From a virus (taxonomy: Duplodnaviria > Caudoviricetes): a stretch of 64,000 bases of DNA. Location: positions 32,001 through 96,000 of the IMG/VR virus record IMGVR_UViG_3300043422_000045; one strand, written 5' to 3'. Position 1 is the first letter of the stretch, and the number at the start of each line of letters is the position of its first letter. The position numbers and the translations under genes were made by a program. Under the pieces are notes generated by a model. It did no database searches, was not told where the DNA came from, and saw only the letters and a list, made by a program, of their open reading frames with translations. Of this stretch, positions 50,407 to 60,642 are shown in pieces.

Positions 50407-51629
50407 TGAAAATTCAAACTACAAGATATTACGACGAGTTTATAAGATACTTTGATCTTGCACAAAAGCAGCAAGATCTTTGTAATTTAGGAACAGTTGG
50501 ATATATGGAAAGTAATATGGGCGATTCTTTAATGGAGCACATAGAACTTTATGATGTTGTTGAAAGAAAATATGCAGGTTTTTCTCAAATCGTAAACGAT
50601 ATTTTTTATGGTTGGACACCAGAGCATCCTTATTGGGATAAAATGAAAAATGGCATTTACACAACACAACGAGAAGAAGTTGCTAAAAACTGGACAGGAA
50701 AGCAGAAAATATTTGGATTAGAAGAATGGCTTTATCTTTTTATTCTACACAGAGTTACAGGTTCTGGCATTAATTATGCAACTAAACCTTCTGGTTATCA
50801 CAACACAATCTTATTTCATTTACATGAATGTGATACGATAGAAGATATGTGCGAAGTGATTAAATCACACCAATATCCATTTTATACTTCAGTTGGTTAT
50901 CAATTTCCAGCCTTTCCAAAGCCACCAGAAAATCAAACTAATTCAGAAGATTTGTTTGTCGGTATGACAGGCTTTTCTAATGAAGTAAAATACACTTACA
51001 AAAGAGGTGGAGATTATTATCTTTGCGAATTTGCGCCAAGATTAGCTAGAGAATTAGCAACATATTTAACAACTGGAGAAAAGAAACAACTTAGAGAATT
51101 AGGTGAATGGCTTTTTAAATGGAACTATGATAATGGTTTAAGAGCTTATAGATTTCAATATGCTGCAGTTATTGCAGACATCGCAGATTGGTACCCAGAA
51201 TATGTTGTTAGAGAATCTATGTTTTATTACGGAACAAACGCAGTAGAATGTATTGGTTATTTAGCAGATCCTGAAAGTGGCAAAGGTAATAAAAAAGGAG
51301 AAGAATTCTTAGACGCAGTTATGACTAAGATCTATAATGATACAGGATCGCTGCCATATAACGCAGAAGATGTGGCCTGTGATTATATCAGATGGATCGA
51401 AAACTACTTAAGACCAGGAAAAGATTACAACCACGTAGACATGGACACAGTCTGGAATAGCAGCGTAATAAAAGACCATCCATTTGGTAGACAAAAAGCC
51501 ATGTTAGATTTAGGTATAGTTAAGACGTTTAATGGAATGACTAGTCACCCATCAGATGATAAAATTTTAGTAGAAGCTGGTCTAACAGTAGATCAATATA
51601 AAGAAATGGTTAAAAAAATATACAAATAA
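50406..51629 (+). CDS. Putative amino acid:DNA transferase (aGPT-Pplase, HhH-glycosylase fold)
   Basis: FQYAAVIADI and AEDVACDYIR resemble the F....I..D and E...C...K motifs of this family; neighbours a PLP enzyme. Confidence 0.5.
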   Translation: MKIQTTRYYDEFIRYFDLAQKQQDLCNLGTVGYMESNMGDSLMEHIELYDVVERKYAGFSQIVNDIFYGWTPEHPYWDKMKNGIYTTQREEVAKNWTGKQKIFGLEEWLYLFILHRVTGSGINYATKPSGYHNTILFHLHECDTIEDMCEVIKSHQYPFYTSVGYQFPAFPKPPENQTNSEDLFVGMTGFSNEVKYTYKRGGDYYLCEFAPRLARELATYLTTGEKKQLRELGEWLFKWNYDNGLRAYRFQYAAVIADIADWYPEYVVRESMFYYGTNAVECIGYLADPESGKGNKKGEEFLDAVMTKIYNDTGSLPYNAEDVACDYIRWIENYLRPGKDYNHVDMDTVWNSSVIKDHPFGRQKAMLDLGIVKTFNGMTSHPSDDKILVEAGLTVDQYKEMVKKIYK

Positions 51630-52681
51630 TGAATACTCTATTAGCAGAAGATTTTATAAGACCAGATGCTTGCGAATTACCAAAAGCAAAAAAGAAATAT
51701 CAGCATGCAGAATCTTTGTTTGAAGACGAAGGTGTTCATTATACAAACATTGAATATCCAAATACGGCTGATGTTAAAATGAAAAATGGCAAGCCTATTG
51801 AATCTTGGATGAAAGATTGGACTCAAGAAGAACGTTTCGATAAATTCTTTGAGTTTTGTGAAGCCTTTGATAAAAGACAAGACAAATTATTAGCTGAAGA
51901 TTATCAGATATTTTCACACAGATTACACTGGCATGAACATCCTTTTTGCGATTTAATGAAAGATGTGACTGATCCAATGAAAAGACTTTGGTATACTTTG
52001 GTGTTTTCATTTACTAATGAGCATTGGGGAACTTTAACAATGTTAATCAATGATGGCGAAGAAGCTCTTAAGAAGCATTTTAAAGATAACAGACATGCAC
52101 GCAATGATTTGTTTCAGATATACTATCCAAAGGGCACAGATGTTAAGGAGTGGCTTCTATGGGGTCCAAAAAGAGCGGCAAAAAAAATGTCACACGTTCT
52201 AGAGAATTTAGACAGACCTTATACAATGATGGAGTTTGCTAAAATCATGGAGAAGTATTTTAAAGAGGATCAAAACTTTAGAAGTCCTTTATATCCATGT
52301 AAAAATGCAGCTAGATATTTAGCCATGGCGTATCCGCATATTATAGATCCAGAAACACCATTATATGGTGGAACAGGACACTTTGATGGCATGCAACAAG
52401 TTTTTAGCGGTGCTAATGTTAACGGTAAAGTTAAGTATACTATCGGTAAAAACGGCGAATTTATTGCCGAGAATAAATATGCTGAGTTGTGGTTAGAACA
52501 AATGGAAACTTTAGTTAATCATCCTAAGAATCCAATGACAAGCCAAAAATGGTTAAACATAGAAGATAAAACATGTTTCTTTTATAAACACATTGCAATT
52601 TCACACGGTGTTAAATCACCAACAAAAAGAATACCTTATACTTGGATATTTCCAGAATCATTTTCACTTAAAAAAGATTAA
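51629..52681 (+). CDS. Second putative amino acid:DNA transferase paralog
   Basis: FFEFC..FDKR..D.LL..DYQ.F N-terminus and IEDKTCFFYK C-terminal motif. Confidence 0.45.
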   Translation: MNTLLAEDFIRPDACELPKAKKKYQHAESLFEDEGVHYTNIEYPNTADVKMKNGKPIESWMKDWTQEERFDKFFEFCEAFDKRQDKLLAEDYQIFSHRLHWHEHPFCDLMKDVTDPMKRLWYTLVFSFTNEHWGTLTMLINDGEEALKKHFKDNRHARNDLFQIYYPKGTDVKEWLLWGPKRAAKKMSHVLENLDRPYTMMEFAKIMEKYFKEDQNFRSPLYPCKNAARYLAMAYPHIIDPETPLYGGTGHFDGMQQVFSGANVNGKVKYTIGKNGEFIAENKYAELWLEQMETLVNHPKNPMTSQKWLNIEDKTCFFYKHIAISHGVKSPTKRIPYTWIFPESFSLKKD

Positions 52682-53575
52682 ATGTCACACAATAATCATA
52701 CAAAAAGTAGTTTTAATCAAGACTTAAATTTAGCTTACCCAAACAGAGATGCTTGGTTGGAATTAGCAGGAGATTGGCAAGATCCATTTCCAGCTCCTAT
52801 TGTAAAAGAACACAATGGCTTTAATGTAGTTAGAGAAGATTTAATGGGCTTTGGTTCTAAGTGTCGCTTTGGCGATATTTTAGTTCAAAGTTGTCCATCA
52901 GATACTTTAGTTTATGTACAGCCAAGATACGGATTTGCTGGAATTTCTTTAGCTTATTTAGCTGAGAAATACAATAAAAAACTAGTTCTTTTTAGTCCAA
53001 GTCAAAAAGAAATTTCAGATCATCAAGCTATTTGTATTGAAAGAGGCGCAGATATGAAATTTCGTAGAATTGCAGCCATGCCAAATCTTAATAAGATTGC
53101 AGCTGATTGGGCCAAAGAAAACAATGGCTTTTTTATACCACTTGGTTTAAGACACGAATTAGTTACAGCAGCCGCAGTTAAAGTAGCTTATGACATGGCA
53201 CAAGTACATGGTGAACCTAAAGAAGTTTGGCATGCTATTTCAACTGGTGTTTTAGGCAGAGCTTTGCAAATTGCATGGCCTAACGCAGAATTTAATGGAG
53301 TTGCAGTAGCTAGAAATATCAAAGATGGCGAAAGAGGTAGAGCAACTATTTGGTCACATCCAAAAGAATTTAGCCAAAACGTAGCCACTGAATTTGAACC
53401 ACCATTTCCAAGTGCATTAAATTATGATGCTAAAGCTTGGGAATTAATGCTTAAAAATGGAAGCCCGGGAGCTTGGTTCTGGAATGTCGGTGGTAACCCT
53501 AAGCCAGAAAATGAAGATACTAAACAATCAATCAATGCCCAAAGAGAATGGGGCGAAATCATAGACGTAAAATAA
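52682..53575 (+). CDS. PLP-dependent enzyme, fold type II (Trp-synthase-beta/PALP-like)
   Basis: VVREDL..GSKCR (PLP lysine), STGVL..AL, YDAKAW and FWNVG. Confidence 0.75.
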   Translation: MSHNNHTKSSFNQDLNLAYPNRDAWLELAGDWQDPFPAPIVKEHNGFNVVREDLMGFGSKCRFGDILVQSCPSDTLVYVQPRYGFAGISLAYLAEKYNKKLVLFSPSQKEISDHQAICIERGADMKFRRIAAMPNLNKIAADWAKENNGFFIPLGLRHELVTAAAVKVAYDMAQVHGEPKEVWHAISTGVLGRALQIAWPNAEFNGVAVARNIKDGERGRATIWSHPKEFSQNVATEFEPPFPSALNYDAKAWELMLKNGSPGAWFWNVGGNPKPENEDTKQSINAQREWGEIIDVK

Positions 53576-53580
53576 TAATT

Positions 53581-54729
53581 ATGAACAGACCAACATTAGC
53601 ATTTGCAACCATGTGTAAAAACGAAGAACACGTCATAGGACAAGTTCTTGATGCTGTTGCACCCTACATTGATTATCTTGTAGTTGCCGACAACGGTTCT
53701 ACCGATAGAACATTAGAAATTGTCCAAGAATTTATGGATCGCACTGGAATTCCAGGAGAAATTCATAACGATGAATGGTTCGGTTTTGACAAGAATAAAA
53801 ACATGATGATGGAATATGTACATGGTAAAACAGACTATGTATTACACTTGGACGCTGATGATATTTTAGCAGGCGATTTTAGTTTTACCAACGATGATGC
53901 TGGTGAAGATGCATATCACATGACTATGAAACGTGGAACAGCAACTTATAAAGCAACCGTTATTTATAATAATAGATTGCATTGGAAATTCTGTGGAACA
54001 GCGCACACAATAATCAAATGCATTGAGAGACCTCATTTTTCAACAGGAGATTTATCAACCAGAGGTTGGGTTATATGTGATCCCGTTGGTTCAAGAGCAT
54101 TTGATCCTAAGAAATATTTTTACGATGCTGAAAGATTGAAAAAACAATTTTTCGATACTTTGGTAGATGATCCAGATGGATTAAATCATAGATCAGCTTT
54201 CTACTGTGCACAGAGTTATATGGATTCTAACATGATGATAGAAGGTTTACAATGGAATAGGCTTTACACAAGATTAAAAGATACTTGGAGCGAAGAAAGA
54301 TTTGAAGCACAAATGAGAATTTCAAGATGTTTGATGGCTATACCAGATTCAGATCCAAATTTAATTGTTGATGAAATGAATAAGGCTATAGAAATTTCAC
54401 CAGATAGAGCTGAACCATATTTTTATTTGGGTACTTATTTAAATAAAATAGGAAATCACGAATTGGCTTATGACTATTTGAAAAAAGCTAAAGACATCTC
54501 TTTAAAATATGCACAAAGTAAATATTTATTATTTGTAACATCTAATTGTTATGGTAAATATGTCAATGATGAATTATCAGTTGCTTGTTTTTGGACCAAT
54601 AGAGTTGAAGAAGGCGTTAAATTAATTAATCAAATTATTAATGATCCAGACTTTGAACACTCTAAGCCAAGACTTATTGACAATTTAAATCATTTTAAAA
54701 ATTTAGAAGCAAAATTACAAGATGCTTAA
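53581..54729 (+). CDS. Glycosyltransferase family 2 with C-terminal TPR
   Basis: KNEE, DNGSTDRT and LDADD; TPR-like PDRAEPYFYLG. Confidence 0.85.
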   Translation: MNRPTLAFATMCKNEEHVIGQVLDAVAPYIDYLVVADNGSTDRTLEIVQEFMDRTGIPGEIHNDEWFGFDKNKNMMMEYVHGKTDYVLHLDADDILAGDFSFTNDDAGEDAYHMTMKRGTATYKATVIYNNRLHWKFCGTAHTIIKCIERPHFSTGDLSTRGWVICDPVGSRAFDPKKYFYDAERLKKQFFDTLVDDPDGLNHRSAFYCAQSYMDSNMMIEGLQWNRLYTRLKDTWSEERFEAQMRISRCLMAIPDSDPNLIVDEMNKAIEISPDRAEPYFYLGTYLNKIGNHELAYDYLKKAKDISLKYAQSKYLLFVTSNCYGKYVNDELSVACFWTNRVEEGVKLINQIINDPDFEHSKPRLIDNLNHFKNLEAKLQDA

Positions 54730-55828
54730 TAAGAATTACGATTATTTAATAGTCGGCGCAGGTTTTTACGGCTCAGTTTGTGCATACGAACTGAGCCGTT
54801 TAGGCAAGAAAGTACTCGTGATTGATAAAAGAAATCACATTGGTGGAAATGCATATACCAAAAAAGTAAATGATATTGACGTTCACCAATACGGAGCTCA
54901 TATATTTCATACAAACGATAAAGCTATATGGCAATGGATCCAACAATTTGGAGAATTTAACAATTTTAAAAATTCGCCAATAGCTAATTATAAAGATGAG
55001 ATGTATTCTCTTCCATTTTCAATGTGGACTTTTTATAAATTATGGGGAACTAAAACACCAGAGGAAGCTAAAAAAATTATAGATTCACAAAGATACACTG
55101 GTCCGATTACAAATTTAGAAGAACAAGCGCTTTCTTTAGTAGGCACAGATATTTACGAAAAGCTAATTAAAGGTTACACTGAAAAGCAGTGGAAGAAATC
55201 AGCTAAACTTTTACCAGCTTCAATAATTAAAAGATTGCCAGTACGTTTTACATGGGATAATAATTATTTTAACGACAAATATCAGGGTATTCCAGTCGAT
55301 GGCTACACTAGTCTATTTGAAAAAATGTTAGAAGGTATAGACGTAGAATTAAATCAAGATTATCTAAAAGACAGAGATTATTGGAATTCTAAAGCAGATA
55401 AAATAATTTACACAGGACCAATAGATGCCTATTTTAATTACAAGTATGGCGATTTAGAATATAAGACAGTCAATTTTGTAACAGAGACCATAGAAAATAA
55501 AGACTTTCAAGGTAATGCTGTTGTAAATTATACAGATGCGACTATTCCATATACAAGAATTATAGAGCATAAGCATTTTAATTTTAAAAATCAAAAAGAT
55601 ACAGTAGTTTCTTGGGAATATCCAGTAGACTACAGAAGAGGCGTTGAACCTTATTATCCGGTCAATGATACGCGTAACGCATCTATTTTTAAAAAATATA
55701 AACAAAGCGCAAGTAATATAAAAAATATATTTTTTGGTGGAAGATTAGCAGAATACAAGTACTATGACATGCATCAAGTTATAGCATCTGCTTTGTCAGA
55801 TTTAAAAACCAATACATTTTTTAAATAA
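54722..55828 (+). CDS. glf: UDP-galactopyranose mutase
   Basis: IVGAGFYG, HIGGNAY, HQYGAHIFHT, YFNDKYQGIP, EPYYP and GRLAEYKYYDMHQ. Confidence 0.95.
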   Translation: MLNKNYDYLIVGAGFYGSVCAYELSRLGKKVLVIDKRNHIGGNAYTKKVNDIDVHQYGAHIFHTNDKAIWQWIQQFGEFNNFKNSPIANYKDEMYSLPFSMWTFYKLWGTKTPEEAKKIIDSQRYTGPITNLEEQALSLVGTDIYEKLIKGYTEKQWKKSAKLLPASIIKRLPVRFTWDNNYFNDKYQGIPVDGYTSLFEKMLEGIDVELNQDYLKDRDYWNSKADKIIYTGPIDAYFNYKYGDLEYKTVNFVTETIENKDFQGNAVVNYTDATIPYTRIIEHKHFNFKNQKDTVVSWEYPVDYRRGVEPYYPVNDTRNASIFKKYKQSASNIKNIFFGGRLAEYKYYDMHQVIASALSDLKTNTFFK

Positions 55829-55835
55829 TTCAATA

Positions 55836-55863
55836 GAAACAATTAAGCCTTTTTAAATATAAC
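55836..55863 (+). promoter_or_regulatory. Middle-type promoter GAAACA-N16-TATAAC
   Basis: Conserved motif and spacing. Confidence 0.6.
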
Positions 55864-55878
55864 CTGAAAAATAAGAAC

Positions 55879-56346
55879 ATGGCAAACATAGACAACGAAT
55901 GCAAAGATTTAGAAGTTAATGACTTCTATGATGAATCTACGACCCATTTAGCAGATATAATGGAGCATCAAAAAGAGATGCAGGAAAAGACTTATGGAAT
56001 TAAGTTTGAAGATATGACAATTAGAGAAGTCATGAATTTTTGGCATGTAAATACGCATGCTGTGATTGATGAAATTCACGAGATGACAGACGCTTTAGGT
56101 GGTATTAAAGACGGTAGCGGTAACGCAGTTTGGAAATACTGGAAAAAAGATTTCGCCAAGTATGACACTTTAAAAGTTGCAGATCTTTCTGAAGGTGATA
56201 AAAAAGAATTGTATATGGAATGGATCGATATTCTGCATTTCTTTATCAATTACGCAGCTTCCATTGGCTTAGACGCGAAAACAGCATATAACTATTACTT
56301 CACAAAGGCAGCTGAAAATAAAGCACGCCAACAACGCGGATATTAA
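55879..56346 (+). CDS. Dimeric all-alpha dUTPase/dCTPase (gp56/MazG-like)
   Basis: E..E...WKYWK, E.IDILHF and K..EN..RQ..GY. Confidence 0.8.
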   Translation: MANIDNECKDLEVNDFYDESTTHLADIMEHQKEMQEKTYGIKFEDMTIREVMNFWHVNTHAVIDEIHEMTDALGGIKDGSGNAVWKYWKKDFAKYDTLKVADLSEGDKKELYMEWIDILHFFINYAASIGLDAKTAYNYYFTKAAENKARQQRGY

Positions 56347-56347
56347 C

Positions 56348-57766
56348 ATGCTATTAGACATTGAACAAAGAGAGAAGGAAATTATAGTTTCATATTTCAA
56401 CAAAGAAGGCACAGTAGATTTTAAACGTTATCCAATAACACAATTTAAAAATTGGTATGTTTGTGATCCTAAAGAAGCTGGTGCTAGTCGAGATTTTAAA
56501 AACTGGGATGGACGTTCAGTGAAACTTTCACAAGCTAGACAATTTAATAAATTTTCATTAGTTTATTTTATGGACGGCTTACCAGAAAAAGACAAAGAAG
56601 TTATTTACGAATACAATTCACCTAGAACATATTTCGTCGATATTGAAACTGAAATTGTCGATGGCTTTCCAAAGGCCGAAGAAGCTAAATCAAGAATCTT
56701 AGCTTTTTCTATAGTTACACCAGACAAAAAGGTAATCGTATTAGGTTTAGAAGACTTAGAGTCTGATAAAATTAAAAAGATTGAAGATGACACTAATGAA
56801 TACATGAAAAAATTTGGTGATGAGTGGACCTTTCAATATATTAAATTTAAAACAGAGTATGACATGGTTTATACTTTCGTTTATAAATTTATGCCTAAGT
56901 TTCCTATGATGACTGGCTGGAACTTCATTAACTATGACTGGCAGTATATTGTAAATCGATGTAAACATCTACAGATCGATATAGTTGGTTCGTCCAGGAC
57001 AGGATCATTAGATCCAGAAGACAGTAGACCATTGCACATGGGAATTCTAGATTACATGCAGTTATATGACAAATATGATAGATCTGTTAAAGTAAAAGAG
57101 TCAAACTCTTTGGATTACGTTTCTAGTCAAGTATTAGGTACTAATAAAATTAAATTCACAGGATCATTACAGGATTTATACAGAGATAATTTTACCAAGT
57201 ACATCTATTATAACGTAATTGACTCCATCTTAGTTTATTACATTGATAAAAAATTAAAATCAATGGATGTACTTATCACTCTTGCATCTATTACAAAAAT
57301 GCCATTATATAAAGCAGCTTCTCCGGTGGCAGTAACTGAAGCTTTGATTGCAAGAAAAATTGCATCTGAAGGTAAACGTATTGGAACCGAAGCTAGAGAA
57401 GATAATAAAAAAGACGGTCAATTTGCTGGAGCATTTGTTAAAGAACCTATTGTTGGTTTTTATGAAGGAGTAAGTGCATTTGACTACGCTTCACTATATC
57501 CATCTATTATGAGGCAGTTTAATGTTTCTCCAGATGCTTTTATCGAAAAGGTGCCATCTTCTAAAATAGAAGAAAGACGTAAAGATAAAAATGTTATTGT
57601 TTGTGAAAACGGAGTTGTTTATAAAAACGAAGATTCTATTCTTAAAAAAATATTATCAGATCTTTATTCACAGCGAAAAGAGTATAAGGGAATGTCCTAT
57701 GAATATTTTCACAAAGCAGAAGAAATAAAAAAGAAAATAAAAGCACTTGAAAAAGCAGGTCAATAA
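56348..57766 (+). CDS. gp43A: Family B DNA polymerase, N-terminal subunit (exonuclease + motif A)
   Basis: DIET, GWN...YD, LDY, YN..D, GAFVKEP and DYASLYPS; ends after RKEYK in the fingers. Confidence 0.9.
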   Translation: MLLDIEQREKEIIVSYFNKEGTVDFKRYPITQFKNWYVCDPKEAGASRDFKNWDGRSVKLSQARQFNKFSLVYFMDGLPEKDKEVIYEYNSPRTYFVDIETEIVDGFPKAEEAKSRILAFSIVTPDKKVIVLGLEDLESDKIKKIEDDTNEYMKKFGDEWTFQYIKFKTEYDMVYTFVYKFMPKFPMMTGWNFINYDWQYIVNRCKHLQIDIVGSSRTGSLDPEDSRPLHMGILDYMQLYDKYDRSVKVKESNSLDYVSSQVLGTNKIKFTGSLQDLYRDNFTKYIYYNVIDSILVYYIDKKLKSMDVLITLASITKMPLYKAASPVAVTEALIARKIASEGKRIGTEAREDNKKDGQFAGAFVKEPIVGFYEGVSAFDYASLYPSIMRQFNVSPDAFIEKVPSSKIEERRKDKNVIVCENGVVYKNEDSILKKILSDLYSQRKEYKGMSYEYFHKAEEIKKKIKALEKAGQ

Positions 57767-57831
57767 GCTCATACATATTTAACAATAATATATAACTAAC
57801 ACCAACAAAAAACAAAAATCTTTACACAAAC

Positions 57832-58809
57832 ATGAGCAATATTTTTCAAAAAAGAGTAAATATTTTACCATACGAATACCCTTCTTTATTAGCATATAAG
57901 GATGCAATCAGACACTCATATTGGATCCATACTGAATTTAATTTTACAACAGACATTGATGATTTTAAAACTAAAATCACAGATCAAGAACGAGAAGTAA
58001 TTAAAAGATCGATGTTGGCTATTGCACAAATAGAGGTAAATGTTAAAACATTTTGGGCAGATCTTTATAAGAGAATGCCTATCACAGAAATCGGAGATGT
58101 TGGTATGACATTTGCAGAATCTGAAGTAAGACACAAAGACGCGTACGCTCAATTACTACGAGTTTTAGGTCTTGAAGAAGAATTCCAAAGCGTTGTAGAA
58201 ATTCCAGCTATTAAAGATAGAATCGCATATCTATCAAAATATTTAGACGGCACAAGAAGCAAAGACAATAAAATGTACACAAAATCAGTGTTATTATTTT
58301 CTTTATTCATCGAACACGTGAGTCTATTTAGTCAATTTTTAATCATGATGAGCTTTAACAAAGAGAAAAACCTATTTAAAGGTATCTCGAATGTAGTTGA
58401 GGCTACTTCAAAAGAAGAAGAAATTCATGGTAATTTTGGTTCAGAACTTATTAACATTATCAAAGAAGAAAATCCAGAATGGTTCGACGAAGAGTTTGAA
58501 CAATTAATTGATTCCGCATGTAAGAAAGCTTATATTGCCGAATGTAAGATTTTAGACTGGATCTTTGAGAAGGGTGAATTAAGCTTCTTGTCAAAAAACA
58601 CGATTCAACAGTTTATTCAAAACAGATTTAACAATTCATTACAAAGAATTGGTATGAAACCTGTATTTGATGTAGATTTTCAAGAGATTGAAAAGACGTT
58701 ATGGTTCGATGTAGAAATTCTTTCAACCAAAGAAGGCGATTTCTTTTACAAAAAACAAATCGATTATAACAAAAAAAGCAAGTCTATTACAGAAGACGAT
58801 TTATTCTAA
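57832..58809 (+). CDS. nrdB: Ribonucleotide reductase class I beta subunit
   Basis: ESEVRH..AY, EHVSLFSQF, EEEIH and DFF motifs. Confidence 0.92.
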   Translation: MSNIFQKRVNILPYEYPSLLAYKDAIRHSYWIHTEFNFTTDIDDFKTKITDQEREVIKRSMLAIAQIEVNVKTFWADLYKRMPITEIGDVGMTFAESEVRHKDAYAQLLRVLGLEEEFQSVVEIPAIKDRIAYLSKYLDGTRSKDNKMYTKSVLLFSLFIEHVSLFSQFLIMMSFNKEKNLFKGISNVVEATSKEEEIHGNFGSELINIIKEENPEWFDEEFEQLIDSACKKAYIAECKILDWIFEKGELSFLSKNTIQQFIQNRFNNSLQRIGMKPVFDVDFQEIEKTLWFDVEILSTKEGDFFYKKQIDYNKKSKSITEDDLF

Positions 58810-58829
58810 AAAACAAAACATAAAATTAA

Positions 58830-60455
58830 ATGGATTATAAGAAATACTACTGGCTAAATGAAGACAGTCGCACATTTTTATCAAGAGGCTACATCACTGA
58901 AACGCCTGAACAAAGAATCAAGGACATTGCTAACAAAGCAGAAAAGTATTTAAAAATTGAAGGTTTTGCTAACAAATTCGAAGACTACATGTCTAGAGGA
59001 TTTTACAGTCTTTCAACACCAGTTTGGATTAACTTCGGAAAAGACAAAGGACTTCCAATTAGCTGTTACGGATCAAACGTCGATGATACTTTAGATAGTA
59101 TCTTAAATGGTTCTAGAGAAATTGGAATGATGAGTAAATATGGAGGTGGAACTTCAATTTTCTTAGGAAACATTAGAGAAAGAGGAGCTAAAATTTCTAC
59201 AGGTGGAACAGCAGACGGACCAGTCCACTATGCTAGAATGTATGACACTACAGTTGATGTGTGTAAACAATCAGAAGCAAGAAGAGGTGCATGTGCAGCT
59301 TGGTTACCAGTAGAACACAATGATATTTTAGAATTCTTGGATATGGGAACAGAAGGAAATCCTATTCAAAATTTACAATACGGAGTTACTGTAACTGACA
59401 AATGGCTTGAAGAAATGAAAGCTGGAGATGCAGAAAAACGTAAAATTTGGGCTAAAGTAATTCAAAGACGTAATGAGTTTGGTTTTCCTTACATTATGTT
59501 TAAAGATAATTCCAATAACAATTCACCATACAAAGCATTAGGTCTTGAAATTACAGCTTCAAACTTATGTTCTGAAATTCAATTGCCAACAGACTCTTTT
59601 AATTCTTTTGTATGTTGTTTAGGTTCTATTAACCTATTACATTGGGATGAATTAAAAGACACAGATGCCATTGAAATCTACACATTGTTCTTAAACGCAG
59701 TAATGGATGAGTTTGTTAAGAAATCTTACAACATGCCAGGTATGTCAAGAGCACATAGATTTGCATCTCAACATAGAGCTTTAGGAGTAGGCGTATTAGG
59801 TTACCATTCATTATTTCAATCTAAATTGATTGAATTTGAATCTTTAGAGGCAAAACAATTAAATTATCAGATCTTTAAAACACTTAAAGAAAAAACTGAA
59901 TCAGCTTCTAAATTTTTGCATGACGAAAGAGGTTACACTTCTTTAAGAGAAGGATTTGCAAATACAACTTTAGTTGCAATTGCTCCAACAAAATCAAGTT
60001 CATTTATCCATGGTCAAGTTTCAATGGGAATTGAGCCAATTAAATCTAATTATTTTGTAAAAGATTTAGCTAAATCTAAAACAATCTATAAGAATCCTTT
60101 CTTAATTCAAGAATTAGAAAAGTATGGCTTAAATACAACAGACGTTTGGGAAGGAATCTTAAAGAAAGATGGTTCAGTTCAACACTTAGATTTTCCAACT
60201 AAAGCAGTTTTTAAATCATTTATTGAAATTACACCAAGAGAGTTGATTACACAAGCTGCTCAAAGACAACAGTTCATTGATCAGTCACAATCTTTAAATT
60301 TAATGATTCATCCAAGTGTACCAGCTAAAGATATTAATCAATTGTATTTAGCAGCACACGAAGAAGGTGTTAAAACTTTATATTATCAATTTAGTCAAAG
60401 TTCAGCACAATCATTCGCAAGAGACATTCTTGAATGCAGCAGCTGTGAGGCATAG
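58830..60455 (+). CDS. nrdA: Ribonucleotide reductase class I alpha subunit (no ATP cone)
   Basis: PISC, RRGA, SNLCSEI, IAPTKSSS, KTLYY and C-terminal CSSC. Confidence 0.93.
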   Translation: MDYKKYYWLNEDSRTFLSRGYITETPEQRIKDIANKAEKYLKIEGFANKFEDYMSRGFYSLSTPVWINFGKDKGLPISCYGSNVDDTLDSILNGSREIGMMSKYGGGTSIFLGNIRERGAKISTGGTADGPVHYARMYDTTVDVCKQSEARRGACAAWLPVEHNDILEFLDMGTEGNPIQNLQYGVTVTDKWLEEMKAGDAEKRKIWAKVIQRRNEFGFPYIMFKDNSNNNSPYKALGLEITASNLCSEIQLPTDSFNSFVCCLGSINLLHWDELKDTDAIEIYTLFLNAVMDEFVKKSYNMPGMSRAHRFASQHRALGVGVLGYHSLFQSKLIEFESLEAKQLNYQIFKTLKEKTESASKFLHDERGYTSLREGFANTTLVAIAPTKSSSFIHGQVSMGIEPIKSNYFVKDLAKSKTIYKNPFLIQELEKYGLNTTDVWEGILKKDGSVQHLDFPTKAVFKSFIEITPRELITQAAQRQQFIDQSQSLNLMIHPSVPAKDINQLYLAAHEEGVKTLYYQFSQSSAQSFARDILECSSCEA

Positions 60456-60460
60456 AAGAT

Positions 60461-60549
60461 CCGGTGGCTTGAAACACAGTCACGTTTTAGGACCGTTTTA
60501 GTTAACGGGTTGGGCAGGAAACAAGTTCGCTACTATTCCTGCCCTTTTT
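60461..60549 (+). ncRNA. Candidate structured RNA (three hairpins, the last terminator-like)
   Basis: GC-rich island; stems gtggct/agtcac, ccgtt/aacgg and gggcaggaa/ttcctgccc + T-run. Confidence 0.35.
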
Positions 60550-60642
60550 ATGTTTTAAGGAGATATATAATAAAATAATCTTAAATATATTTTTTTATTT
60601 CATATAAATTAATTATATTTGTATATCAAAAAAAACAAAATT

